A stretch of 64,000 nt of DNA, from IMG/VR virus record IMGVR_UViG_2857886120_000002; one strand, given 5' to 3'. The translations under genes and the position numbers were made by a program. Positions 38,094 to 47,280 of the stretch are shown piece after piece; position 1 is the first letter of the stretch, and each line of letters opens with the position of its first letter. Below the pieces are notes generated by a model. That model ran no database searches. It was not told the DNA's origin and saw only the letters and a list, made by a program, of their open reading frames with translations. The DNA is from an uncultured virus (IMG/VR IMGVR_UViG_2857886120_000002). Lineage: Duplodnaviria; Heunggongvirae; Uroviricota; Caudoviricetes.

Positions 38094-38142
38094 TCGACTC
38101 ATAATCGATTGGTCACTGGTTCAAGTCCAGTAGGGGCCACCA
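38094..38142 (+). other. att site: 3' ~49 bp of tRNA-Ile2 (CAU anticodon)
   Basis: TCGA-CTCATAA-TCGA anticodon arm, GGTTCAAGTCC T-arm, GGGGCCACCA end like ileX; the 5' acceptor strand and D-arm are absent. Confidence 0.88.
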
Positions 38143-38301
38143 CTCTAAATCAATATAATCAAAAGCTTACATTTAAAAATCACATTATGAAAATCAGTCA
38201 ATTTTATTAAGTGGCGGTAAAATGGCGGTTAAATTTTTTATTACTATTATTAAAAAAATAAAGCCCACTAGGTGAGCTTTAATACTAATAATTCTAGTAT
38301 T

Positions 38302-38502
38302 TTATAATTTTGCTTGCGCCATGACATTATAGAGTAGATCAGCGATACAACTCACCGCAATAATGAATTCGTTTTTATTGATATGATTTGAATTTAATAA
38401 AAATCGGGCGAGTAGTTCAGCTTGTTCGAGTTTTGCAAAGCTATCTAAGTTTAATTGAACAATATCATTTGAAGATGCAATGTTTAAAATCTGATGTTTC
38501 AT
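38302..38502 (-). CDS. Small hypothetical protein downstream of a C4-type antisense module
   Basis: 66 aa; AAGGA RBS overlaps the TCCACAAG target box. Confidence 0.6.
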   Translation of the reverse strand: MKHQILNIASSNDIVQLNLDSFAKLEQAELLARFLLNSNHINKNEFIIAVSCIADLLYNVMAQAKL

Positions 38503-38559
38503 GATTGAATTCCTTGTGGAGTAAATTTATTTAATCACCAACAGCACGCCAATACTGGA

Positions 38560-38634
38560 GGTGAACTGAACAAGGTTGGCGTACCGCTCCACAAGAATAC
38601 GGCGAGCCTTTCGGCTCCCTTATCCAGCTCACCA
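38560..38634 (-). ncRNA. C4/CI-like antisense RNA (P1 c4 / P4 CI type)
   Basis: Closing stem GGTGAGCTGGATAAGG/CCTTGTTCAGTTCACC, GAGCC-GAAA-GGCTC hairpin, loop CTTGTGGA and ACGCCAA complementary to flanking TCCACAAG and TTGGCGT boxes. Confidence 0.8.
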
Positions 38635-38801
38635 TTGAATAGGTACAACTAGATTATAGGCATAAAAATACCGCTTTTAGCGGCTATGCGCTTGTGGAAT
38701 AATGCAGGACGCCAATCCTGATGTTAGATTTTGCTAACGTGGTTTTAATATACATGAAAAAAAGCGTGTTAGTCAACATAATAAAGTTGGGCTTATAGTT
38801 T

Positions 38802-39029
38802 TTAATTAATAGTTTGTTCTTTCTGCGTTCTTATATTTTGTGAAAAAGGTATTTTTACATTTGGGTTGGGGCAGTTACTCGGTACAATTGTTTCTGATAT
38901 TGATTGCATCGCTGTAAAGGTATGGCCACAAAATATATTTGAACACTGATAATATTGTTTTCTGGTTAATTCGGATAACGCTTCACTTGAGCGAATAACG
39001 GCTTTTAGTTTACAGTGTGGGCATTTCAT
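38802..39029 (-). CDS. ogr: Ogr/Delta zinc-finger late transcription activator
   Basis: CPHC---A-IRSS, YYQCSNIFCGHTF. Confidence 0.93.
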   Translation of the reverse strand: MKCPHCKLKAVIRSSEALSELTRKQYYQCSNIFCGHTFTAMQSISETIVPSNCPNPNVKIPFSQNIRTQKEQTIN

Positions 39030-39092
39030 CGATACTTTACCTCTTTTTTAATTTTTAGTTAATTTTATATTAACTTTTAATTAAATCCAGTG

Positions 39093-40166
39093 TTATTCAT
39101 TTTCTTCTTTAGGTTTTTCGTCATCTTCTAATTTAATTTCGAGTTCAACATAAGTGGTATAACCGCTGTTTGTGTCTAAGCTGTGCGTGCATCGGGTTAT
39201 TGTCCATAGTGTTGAGTCGATTTCCTTTTTAAATCCTTCGACTGACGTTGGCATTTCTGGGTAAATGTCAGGGCGTCCTTCGGCAAGGGTGATGCTAAAT
39301 TGTGATGCACCACGTTGTAATTTGTACCATTCATTACGAGCCGCTCGGTAAGCATTTTGTTTTGATGCGTATGTGTGCCGTAATATTTTTACATTTCCAT
39401 CGGCGCCGACTAGCACGCCATTTTCATCTTTGTTTGTTTGGTTGTTTTTGTTTTTTGTTTTTCGAGTCGCTTTGGTTTGCTGTTTTTTCTGTTGGCGGTA
39501 GTCAATCCAATAAGCTTTTACACCCGTGTAAGCATTTCTATCGGCAATAGCAAAGCGGTGCTGGTCGCCAAGTTTGCGGGTAATTGTTGTTGTCGGGATG
39601 TCTTGACCATTTACCGTTTTTGCCAATCCTTTTTTGAAAATAATCAGCATGCCGTTTTTTAATGTTACAGCGGCATTAAAATCGTTGTATAGGCGTGTTA
39701 AAAATGAAGCATCAGATTCGTTGGTTTGGTCTATATGGGCAATGTGTTCATGCTCTATACTTTTATCTATCCTGAACAGCAGATCGTGCCGTTTTGCAAT
39801 TTCTTCGGTTATTGCCCCAAGTGTTGTGTCGGAGTAGCTTTTTTCGCGTTTTTCGTTTAGTGAGTCACGCAAATTGGCGCTTTTACCACGAATTGATAAT
39901 ACGTCGGGCGTTCCTGAATGCTCGCATTCGTCAATGGTGAAGATATTTTGTAAAATGACGTTATCATTAACCCAGCCTAGTGATACGCTAATTTGAACTC
40001 CTCGCTTTGGTAGTTCAAGTTTGCCGTCGCTATCGTCTAGTTCAATAGATATGGTGTCAGCATCTAACCCTCGATTATCAGTAATTTGCATCGAGATAAG
40101 ACGTTTATCAAAGTTAGATGTAATATCTTTGTTATCAATAGTAATTGTGTAGGTTGGTTGTTTCAT
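39093..40166 (-). CDS. gpD: P2 gpD-like late control/tail hub protein
   Basis: TDNRG-DAD, LDD-DG-L-LP-RG, HIDQTNESDASFLTRL, LQRG-SQFSI-LA-GRP. Confidence 0.93.
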   Translation of the reverse strand: MKQPTYTITIDNKDITSNFDKRLISMQITDNRGLDADTISIELDDSDGKLELPKRGVQISVSLGWVNDNVILQNIFTIDECEHSGTPDVLSIRGKSANLRDSLNEKREKSYSDTTLGAITEEIAKRHDLLFRIDKSIEHEHIAHIDQTNESDASFLTRLYNDFNAAVTLKNGMLIIFKKGLAKTVNGQDIPTTTITRKLGDQHRFAIADRNAYTGVKAYWIDYRQQKKQQTKATRKTKNKNNQTNKDENGVLVGADGNVKILRHTYASKQNAYRAARNEWYKLQRGASQFSITLAEGRPDIYPEMPTSVEGFKKEIDSTLWTITRCTHSLDTNSGYTTYVELEIKLEDDEKPKEENE

Positions 40167-40579
40167 ATCATTCCTATAATATCCGCGAAAGGTAACCAGT
40201 CTGGAGGGTCAACTTTTGTTAGTGATATAGTGAATTCAATTTTGCGTGGTGCACCATCTTTAAAAAATTCTGTTTTTGTTTTTTTTAAATTGGTCATGAC
40301 GAAGAAGCCAAGTGGTATGCTTGTACCTTCTATTAATGGCCATGAGTAACCAAGGTCGGCCATTCTTTCTAAAACGGCTAAACTTAATCTACCCCCTGTT
40401 AATTCTGGATACAATACGCCAGATAAGGTTATTGTTTCGTTATCACGGCCAATAAATTGTAATGCTGAACGCTGATTTACACGTGAATTTGCCGGAAACC
40501 GCCAATCTTTATTTTCTTCCGCAGTCTGATACGGTATTGTTTTTAAGCTGAAAACAAATAAGCCATAACACATCATCAT
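40163..40579 (-). CDS. gpU: P2 gpU-like tail protein
   Basis: GLFVF-L-T-PYQ, ITLSGVLYPELTGG, DGAPRKIEF. Confidence 0.93.
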   Translation of the reverse strand: MMMCYGLFVFSLKTIPYQTAEENKDWRFPANSRVNQRSALQFIGRDNETITLSGVLYPELTGGRLSLAVLERMADLGYSWPLIEGTSIPLGFFVMTNLKKTKTEFFKDGAPRKIEFTISLTKVDPPDWLPFADIIGMI

Positions 40580-40580
40580 A

Positions 40581-43547
40581 TTAATCGATATCCCTTAAAC
40601 TTGATCTGTAGCGTGCTGATTGATTGCGTTCACGTCGTTCTATCTCTTTAGCCACACAACGTGCTAATTCTTGTTCATTCATGCTTGGGGTGGCATTTAT
40701 TGTTATGTAATATTGTGGTGATACACTAGAAGTACCGCTAATAGGACGACGATTATCTACGATAACACCGCTTGAAAGTTGTGATCCTGTGGTTATTATG
40801 TTGTTTGCAAGTTGGCCAACACTTTGTATTGCGTCATTTTGATTTCTTTCAATACCGTTAACATACCCATCAACCGTGTGTCCTCCAAATTTTGCAAACA
40901 AACGAGAAGGGGAGTGAATGTCTAATGTATTTTTAAATCGGTTACTGATGCTTTTCCCTAGTTGACTCATTGAGCGGAACGCATCGCTTTGGTTATGTTC
41001 AATGCCGTGTATATAGCCGTCGATAGTATAACCGCCAAACTTAGCAAAAACTCTGGATGGCGAGTGAATATCTAAAGTACTTTTAAACCAGTTGCTAATA
41101 TTGGTGCCAAGATTTGACATTGTTACTTTGATATTTCCATATTTGTTATTAACCCCATCAATTAAACCATCAGCAATATAAGATCCGATTTTTGTAAATT
41201 TATTAAAGAAGTTTCCTTCTCCGGTAAGCGTTTCTTCTATTTTTTTTGCTAATTCCCCAATTTTTTGAGGTATTGAAAATAAGTCTTTAATTGTATTTAC
41301 AATTATCTCCTGTAGTTTTTTAAATAACCAAATTAATGATTTAATTGCAGTTCCTATGGTGTTGCCAAAAGATTTACCCGCTTCTTTTGTTTTTTGAAAC
41401 TCTTCTTTTGTTAATTCTACGGGTTTAAATAGATCACAAAACCAATTTATTAAGCCGCTTATTTTTTCTCCAAGCCATTTAAATCCATCTCCGATTGTTG
41501 TAACAAACGGTTCAAGATATGAAAATTCTTCAACTACGGGTGATAATGATTCTTTCAATCCCTCCCAAAATCCAATAAACCAAGCTTTAATTGGCTCCCA
41601 GTATTTACGAATTACTAATGCGGCAATAACAATAACAGCAATTATTGCCGTAATTGCCAACCCGATTGGAGTAAATAAAAAAGCGCGACCAACAGAAGTA
41701 AATATGAACCCTAAGCCTTTTAAAGCGGCTCCAAAGGTTTTTATCGGTGACCCCGCTATTGCAAGTAAAGCACGTCCAAGCGCTTTCAATCCTCCGCTAG
41801 CTATGTTTGTTTTAGTGAAGAAACCACCCAGAGACAATCCTAATCGTGATAATATAAATCGGGTCATCAACATTGGACCAAATACACTCATTAGCATTAT
41901 TGCAAATGCGCCAAATGCCGTGGTGATTGCTGCAAGTCCTGCGCCAATAACAACCAAGGCCTTACTTAATGCGGGATGTTTTTTTAGAAATTCACCAATA
42001 CCGTGCAAAAATTTAGTTAAGCCTTGGATGGCAGATCGTAGCCAGTCATTGTTTTTTTCGAATAGTTCAACGCTAATGTTTTCAAATGCGGCATGTAGCA
42101 TTGTCATATCACCAGCTAAATTGTCGAGTTTTGTTTTTGCAACTCTGGCTGCTTCGCCATCATATTCCCCTTGCTCTCCACGCATTTTTTTCAAAAAGCC
42201 TGTTGATGCTTGAGTTAGCAAAACTTCAAATCCAGTTAAACCAATTTGCCCTGCAATTTGTTTATTTATTTGGGCTCGTTGTACATTGCCCATGTGTTTG
42301 GTGGCTTCAGATATTTCTGACATGATATCAATAACATCACGCATATTGCCGTTTTTATCGGCAACTTTAACGCCCAGTTTTGCTACAGCATTCGATGTGC
42401 CAAGCCGCACTAAAATTTGACGTAATGTTGTACCTGCTTGACTTCCTTGAATACCTGCATTACCCATTACAGCTGTTAGTGTTGAAATAGTCTCTAAGCT
42501 TTGTCCAAAGCTAGCTCCAACTCCTGCGCTATATTTTAGGGATTCGCCTAGCATAGGAATATCAACATTATTGCGAGTAAACATGGCCGTTAGAACATCA
42601 GCAACGTGATCCATTTTTTCTGCAGGTAATCCCATAGCCATTTGAATGTTTGATGCAATATCAGCTGTAGTGCCGAGATCAACATCACCAGCGGCGGATA
42701 GATTCAGCATGCCAGGCATTGCTTTTAATATTTGATCTGGGTTATATCCCGTTCTTCCTAAGAAATATTGTCCTTGAGCAACTTCGCTATCGGTAAATTT
42801 AGAGACTAATGGCAATTCTCGTGCTTGTTTTCTTAGCGCTAACATACGAGGATCGTTTTTGTCATCAATTCTTGTTACTGCTTGGGTTGCACTCATGCTG
42901 GCATCAAATTGGTAGCCTACACCTAATATATTCTTCATGCCTCTTGCTACGGTTCGCCCTGTTGATAAGGCTCCATAGCCAACACCGCCTAGTATGGCAA
43001 CTCGTTGCATACCTGTGTCATATTTTGCACGGATATTATTCAACTTTTTTAAGTGAGTATTGTATTTATCCCATTTTAAATTTTGTTGTTCAAGCGCTTG
43101 TGTAGTAGCTACAATTTTTGATTTTAAGGTTTCCTGATGATTTATTATATTTTTGGTACTAATTCCTGCCCTTATGAATTCGGTATATTGCCTTCTTTGT
43201 TTAGAGGCTAATGAAATAAATGAGTCTTTTAATTTATTAGCTTCTTTTTTTGCTTTTTCTAACTCTCGCCTCATTTTTTTTGTTGATGACGATGTATTAG
43301 TAAATTGTTCAGAAAGTAATTTTACTTTATCCCGAGCATCATTAAATGCTTTTCGTGAATCTTTAACTTGTTGCTTTAATTTGGCAAAACCATCAAGATT
43401 TTTTTGAAGATCATTTAGTTGTGATAGTTTTTCTTTTGTTTCTTTAATTTGTTGAGCAAGTCCTTTTGCACCGCCTTTTATATTGCGAAGCGGCCGACTT
43501 GTTTTATCTATGCCGTTTAACGTAATTTTTAATTGTAAATCATTCAT
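40581..43547 (-). CDS. gpT: Tail tape measure protein
   Basis: 988 aa, TP901-type core (GIQGSQAGT-LR, DNLAGD), DIHSPSRVF C-terminal motif. Confidence 0.93.
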   Translation of the reverse strand: MNDLQLKITLNGIDKTSRPLRNIKGGAKGLAQQIKETKEKLSQLNDLQKNLDGFAKLKQQVKDSRKAFNDARDKVKLLSEQFTNTSSSTKKMRRELEKAKKEANKLKDSFISLASKQRRQYTEFIRAGISTKNIINHQETLKSKIVATTQALEQQNLKWDKYNTHLKKLNNIRAKYDTGMQRVAILGGVGYGALSTGRTVARGMKNILGVGYQFDASMSATQAVTRIDDKNDPRMLALRKQARELPLVSKFTDSEVAQGQYFLGRTGYNPDQILKAMPGMLNLSAAGDVDLGTTADIASNIQMAMGLPAEKMDHVADVLTAMFTRNNVDIPMLGESLKYSAGVGASFGQSLETISTLTAVMGNAGIQGSQAGTTLRQILVRLGTSNAVAKLGVKVADKNGNMRDVIDIMSEISEATKHMGNVQRAQINKQIAGQIGLTGFEVLLTQASTGFLKKMRGEQGEYDGEAARVAKTKLDNLAGDMTMLHAAFENISVELFEKNNDWLRSAIQGLTKFLHGIGEFLKKHPALSKALVVIGAGLAAITTAFGAFAIMLMSVFGPMLMTRFILSRLGLSLGGFFTKTNIASGGLKALGRALLAIAGSPIKTFGAALKGLGFIFTSVGRAFLFTPIGLAITAIIAVIVIAALVIRKYWEPIKAWFIGFWEGLKESLSPVVEEFSYLEPFVTTIGDGFKWLGEKISGLINWFCDLFKPVELTKEEFQKTKEAGKSFGNTIGTAIKSLIWLFKKLQEIIVNTIKDLFSIPQKIGELAKKIEETLTGEGNFFNKFTKIGSYIADGLIDGVNNKYGNIKVTMSNLGTNISNWFKSTLDIHSPSRVFAKFGGYTIDGYIHGIEHNQSDAFRSMSQLGKSISNRFKNTLDIHSPSRLFAKFGGHTVDGYVNGIERNQNDAIQSVGQLANNIITTGSQLSSGVIVDNRRPISGTSSVSPQYYITINATPSMNEQELARCVAKEIERRERNQSARYRSSLRDID

Positions 43548-43713
43548 CAGTTGAACCGCTTCTTAGGCGGGCTTGTTCCCGCCATTCCATTAGTTCGGAT
43601 AATGTAAACTCATACATAGCTGATGGTTGCCAATGAAATATTGAAGCAATATCCGCTATAGCATCTTCTACTCGGTTTGGGATCCCGTTGTTGCATTGTT
43701 CGATTTCTCTGAC
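43540..43713 (-). CDS. gpE' extension expressed by -1 frameshift (E+E')
   Basis: TTTTTTG slippery site at 43713-43719 in E; -1 frame reads VEDAIADIASIFHWQPSAMYEFTLSELMEWREQARLRSG. Confidence 0.85.
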   Translation of the reverse strand, partial: VREIEQCNNGIPNRVEDAIADIASIFHWQPSAMYEFTLSELMEWREQARLRSGSTDE

Positions 43714-43982
43714 AAAAAACCAGCAATTACTTTTGTTATTTCGGAAAGGTCAATTAAATCTAAATTGAAAACTTCATGTTCAGCAATTGCTGGAGTTGCA
43801 ATGCGTGGTAGTACTTTTGCTAGTGAATCAATATCTAGCTCGATAAAATCGACCAATTTTACTCCACGAAGATCACCCGTTAAAGGTTTGCGTATTGTTA
43901 ATTCAGTAATAGTTGTTTTACCTGATTGTAAGCCTGATTTTAATTTAACTTGTTGTGTGTTTTGCATAACTTTTACCCTCAT
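43668..43982 (-). CDS. gpE: Tail assembly chaperone gpE
   Basis: RKP-TGDLRGV-L, L-KVLPRI--P. Confidence 0.9.
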   Translation of the reverse strand: MRVKVMQNTQQVKLKSGLQSGKTTITELTIRKPLTGDLRGVKLVDFIELDIDSLAKVLPRIATPAIAEHEVFNLDLIDLSEITKVIAGFLSEKSNNATTGSQTE

Positions 43983-44035
43983 AATAATTTTATTGATAAT
44001 TGTGATAGCCCTTGCGGGCTATGTTTGTTGATTTA

Positions 44036-44548
44036 TTAAATTCCGATGGCGTGGCGTGCTTGTTTTAAACGATCTTTTCCGCCAATTTTATCTATCATAT
44101 TGATATAATCGATTTCTGCGGTTTCTTCGTTGTCAATAACTTCCTTATAGTAGGTGCAGTGTGTTGTAATCTTAGTCGAGTTACTTTCGCCTTGTTTGAG
44201 TTCGCCGCGATCTTGTTCTTTGTGCCGCCCAGTCATAATAATTTCGACTTTAGTGAAATCCTCACTATCATCTTTTTGGTAAGCACCCGCAAAGCGTAAT
44301 TTAACACCATTTAATAACCCACCATGTTGTTTTAGCACTTCGTATGCTAAGCCGCCGATTGACCACTCCACAACTAAGGCGTCATCGTCATAACCAAGAT
44401 CGATAGGAGCAGAACCTGGCATACCACCGCCGCGGAAATTTTCAAGCTTGCGAGTTAATTTCGGTGGCGTAAATGATTCGACCTGACCGATATAAGATGT
44501 ACCGTTAACATAAACGTTAAAGTATTTGAGTTTTTTAGGTAAAGCCAT
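44036..44548 (-). CDS. gpFII: Major tail tube protein
   Basis: MALPKKLKY-N, PKLTRKLENFRGGGM. Confidence 0.95.
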   Translation of the reverse strand: MALPKKLKYFNVYVNGTSYIGQVESFTPPKLTRKLENFRGGGMPGSAPIDLGYDDDALVVEWSIGGLAYEVLKQHGGLLNGVKLRFAGAYQKDDSEDFTKVEIIMTGRHKEQDRGELKQGESNSTKITTHCTYYKEVIDNEETAEIDYINMIDKIGGKDRLKQARHAIGI

Positions 44549-44563
44549 TTAGTTGATCTCCGC

Positions 44564-45739
44564 TTAATTAGTTGCTACCGAATCAGCCAGATCGACCAAA
44601 TACTTGTCAGTAATGCGCTGGCGTAACATAAGGTTTTCTAATGGTGGTACTGGGGTGTAGTCGTAATCAATATAGAGCTTACCCGCTTTTAGAATGTCTG
44701 GTGTGTTCGCTTCTGGATCAAACCATGCTTTGCCATCAACAATGTAACCGTTCGATTTTAATTCACGGAATTTATTGTTGATGGATTCGACTAAGTCTTT
44801 AATTAATGATGCATGCATTGGCGCATCGACTAAGGCAAATTGTGCTTCGGCGATTGTGTCGGCCAATACTTGTGCTGTTCGTGTATAGTTTTCAAATGCA
44901 AATAGGTTATCAGCGGAACATGTGCGAGATCCCCAAAAGCGGTAACCTTGGTTACAAATTAATGTGGTTACTTCATGTTCGTTTAGGTAATTTGAATCAG
45001 AGCTTTCTTCTTGCAAATCCCAAAAGACATCATGAGAAATACCCGTTACACCATTAACGGTGACATTTGATAATGTTTTATGCCAGCCGACCTGTTGGTC
45101 GATTTTGGCACGCAAACCAATGGCCCTAGCAGTTGCGGCCAATGTGACATTTTGTTTTTGTGTTGTATCAAAACCAATAAAATCAGGCCAAATCACCATG
45201 GCTTCACGGGCGCCAAGTTGATCACGATAAAGTACTGCATCTTCTTTGGTTTTTGCTCCGTAAGCTGATAAATAACAAAATGCACGCAATTTTTGTGCTA
45301 GCGATATTAATGCGGTTGCAACTGGTAACGAATCGTAACCCGGTACACCCAAAATACGAGGTTTAACTTTAAGTTGGGTTTGCGCTGAAAGCAGGGCTTT
45401 CATGCCAGTATATTTGCCGTCGTTTGTTGTTGTACCAATGATATTTGCCGTTGTGTCGGCTTCTGTCGCACCTGTTTCAACACGCACAGCAACAATAACG
45501 GGTGAACACTGATCCGCAATGGCTTCAAGTGTTGGTTTTAGCGTGCCTTGTGAACCCGCTTTACCAATTACAGAATTAACGTTGGTAATTAAAATCGGTG
45601 TATTAAGTGGAAAGTGGTTAGCGTCCGCATCATCGCTGGTACACACAATGCCAATGACAGCCGTTGATACTGTTCTGATTGCTCGTGCACCTTCATTAAT
45701 TTCGATAACTCGGACGCCGTGATGGTAATCGTTGGCCAT
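44564..45739 (-). CDS. gpFI: Tail sheath protein
   Basis: YHHGVRVIEINEG, KPRILGVPG, GWHKTLSNV, YDYTPVPPLENL. Confidence 0.96.
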   Translation of the reverse strand: MANDYHHGVRVIEINEGARAIRTVSTAVIGIVCTSDDADANHFPLNTPILITNVNSVIGKAGSQGTLKPTLEAIADQCSPVIVAVRVETGATEADTTANIIGTTTNDGKYTGMKALLSAQTQLKVKPRILGVPGYDSLPVATALISLAQKLRAFCYLSAYGAKTKEDAVLYRDQLGAREAMVIWPDFIGFDTTQKQNVTLAATARAIGLRAKIDQQVGWHKTLSNVTVNGVTGISHDVFWDLQEESSDSNYLNEHEVTTLICNQGYRFWGSRTCSADNLFAFENYTRTAQVLADTIAEAQFALVDAPMHASLIKDLVESINNKFRELKSNGYIVDGKAWFDPEANTPDILKAGKLYIDYDYTPVPPLENLMLRQRITDKYLVDLADSVATN

Positions 45740-45830
45740 AAGATCTCCGTAGCAGTTTACATATGTAAGGTTATAAAATAAATGTACGGAGATAGTTGCA
45801 CATTAAAAAAAATGGTGTTAGTTGTTCAGG

Positions 45831-45851
45831 TTGTAGATTTTGTTTTTACAA
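45831..45851. promoter_or_regulatory. Putative Ogr-binding dyad at the FI late promoter
   Basis: TTGTAGA-N7-TTTACAA; same dyad upstream of V and between O and P. Confidence 0.7.
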
Positions 45852-45874
45852 GTTGAACAACTAACATCGATATT

Positions 45875-46324
45875 TTAAGTAACGTTTGGTTTTTCAGGCC
45901 AATTTATATCAGACTGGTTAATATCGACACGCATTAACAAGATCCGGTATTTTTTCCATTGCTTAAGTTGTTCTTCTTCGTTTGCTTCTTGCATATCAAG
46001 ATCAATGGTATCTTGAAGCACTGCTATTTTTTCGTTGGCTTCATTGATTAATGTATTTTTTGTAATTGTATTTTTCTCATAAAAATGTTGATTACGCTTA
46101 TTAATATCTTCAACCCATTTTTTTGTTTTTTCATTCCATTTATGAAAAGGAGAAGGTTTAGGATCAGAGTACGTTAAATCATTAAATATAACGCAACCTT
46201 TGCTCATTGCGTTATATAATTCGTCATGCTGTTCAGCTGTGATTTCAATAGAATCAACAGGGATTTCATGATTAATTTCATCTATATAAAATGATTGTGT
46301 TGTATGACTGTAAAAATGTTTCAT
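45875..46324 (-). CDS. gpG: Tail fibre assembly chaperone
   Basis: LQD-IDLD-----E--QL--WKKYRILL-RVD, I-WPEKP. Confidence 0.88.
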   Translation of the reverse strand: MKHFYSHTTQSFYIDEINHEIPVDSIEITAEQHDELYNAMSKGCVIFNDLTYSDPKPSPFHKWNEKTKKWVEDINKRNQHFYEKNTITKNTLINEANEKIAVLQDTIDLDMQEANEEEQLKQWKKYRILLMRVDINQSDINWPEKPNVT

Positions 46325-46326
46325 GT

Positions 46327-47280
46327 TTAGAATCCTATAGCTATGTAAAAAAATCCAGTGTCCGCATACGCACCCAATGGGCTTTTACACCAGCATTTGA
46401 AATGTGATTTAGATATTGGATTAGCAGCAGTAGAATTGACGCCAGCGTATCCATCGCTTGTTATAATTGACATGCATACATTTGGGAATGTTATATAAAA
46501 TGGCACAATATCTCCCTCCTGTCCTTTTGCTGATGCATATTGTGCTAGCCCCCATTGAACAAATAGCCCATTAGGTAATTTAATGTAACCATTTTTAGTA
46601 AAGGAGGTATTAAAATCACTAAGTGTGATTATTTCTGAGTTATTAAAAAAAGGTCGGTTTTTAAATACCGATGGTTCACTTATTTCATAAATAGATTTTT
46701 TCCCATCCATTTTTTTTACGGCTGGTAATGCATTAATATCGACAGCATTTAAAACGATGTCTTGCTTTAATTCCTTGTTATTAATTTTGCGTGTGATTGG
46801 TACATGCTTTTTTATACCCTCGTCAACATATTCACGAGTTGCCAACACAACAGATGGATCGATTTTTATTGCCACAGAATCAACATTATCAACAACAATA
46901 ATCATTCTGATAATTTGTGTTCTGCCACTACCTTCGGCAAGTTTTGGCTTATAGGTTGAAGGACAATTACCCACAGCTATTAAATTGCCTTTATCATCAT
47001 AGAGACCCACTTCGTGAATAAACCAACCTCCCTCCGTTTCGGGTATAACTTGTTCAGCAATGATTTGATTAGGATTGTTTTTATCAACAGAAAGTACATT
47101 AATTGCCGCACGACGTACTTCGTTAACAAGTGCGGTTTGAGTGGCGGTGGGTTTAGGTATTGAACCATTACCATCACCAACTGCAATACTGGTTAATTTT
47201 AGTGGGACTCCTAAAGCGGTTGCATTGGCTAAAAGTTCCGCCCCTAGTTTTGTTAATATTGTATAGTATGTTTGACTCAT
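46327..47280 (-). CDS. gpH: Tail fibre protein (short, 317 aa)
   Basis: DUF3751-type N-terminus (AVGDGNG, YKP-L-EGSGRTQ, IDPSVVLATR); C-terminal NGY-KLPNGL-VQWG. Confidence 0.9.
   Translation of the reverse strand: MSQTYYTILTKLGAELLANATALGVPLKLTSIAVGDGNGSIPKPTATQTALVNEVRRAAINVLSVDKNNPNQIIAEQVIPETEGGWFIHEVGLYDDKGNLIAVGNCPSTYKPKLAEGSGRTQIIRMIIVVDNVDSVAIKIDPSVVLATREYVDEGIKKHVPITRKINNKELKQDIVLNAVDINALPAVKKMDGKKSIYEISEPSVFKNRPFFNNSEIITLSDFNTSFTKNGYIKLPNGLFVQWGLAQYASAKGQEGDIVPFYITFPNVCMSIITSDGYAGVNSTAANPISKSHFKCWCKSPLGAYADTGFFYIAIGF

Larger units (their letters stand above)
1..38142 (+). mobile_element. PFGI-1/pKLC102/ICEHin1056-class integrative conjugative element (left end lies outside the window)
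   Basis: Family-typical synteny: PFL_4669-DUF3158-ssb-topB-pilL-traD-TIGR037xx T4SS genes-traG_N-DUF3275/MTase/helicase-DUF3577-MobH relaxase-tyrosine integrase-tRNA 3' fragment. Confidence 0.95.

Noticed and set aside
38070..38142. Intact tRNA-Met/Ile gene
   Set aside because: No 5' acceptor strand or D-arm; only the 3' part duplicated as an att site
41704..42213. 169-aa plus-strand ORF and similar antisense ORFs (e.g. 55108..55548, 43696..44031)
   Set aside because: Shadow frames opposite well-supported phage genes, with no recognisable motifs
45875..47280. Invertible tail-fibre switch
   Set aside because: No invertase, inverted fibre fragment or crossover repeats seen
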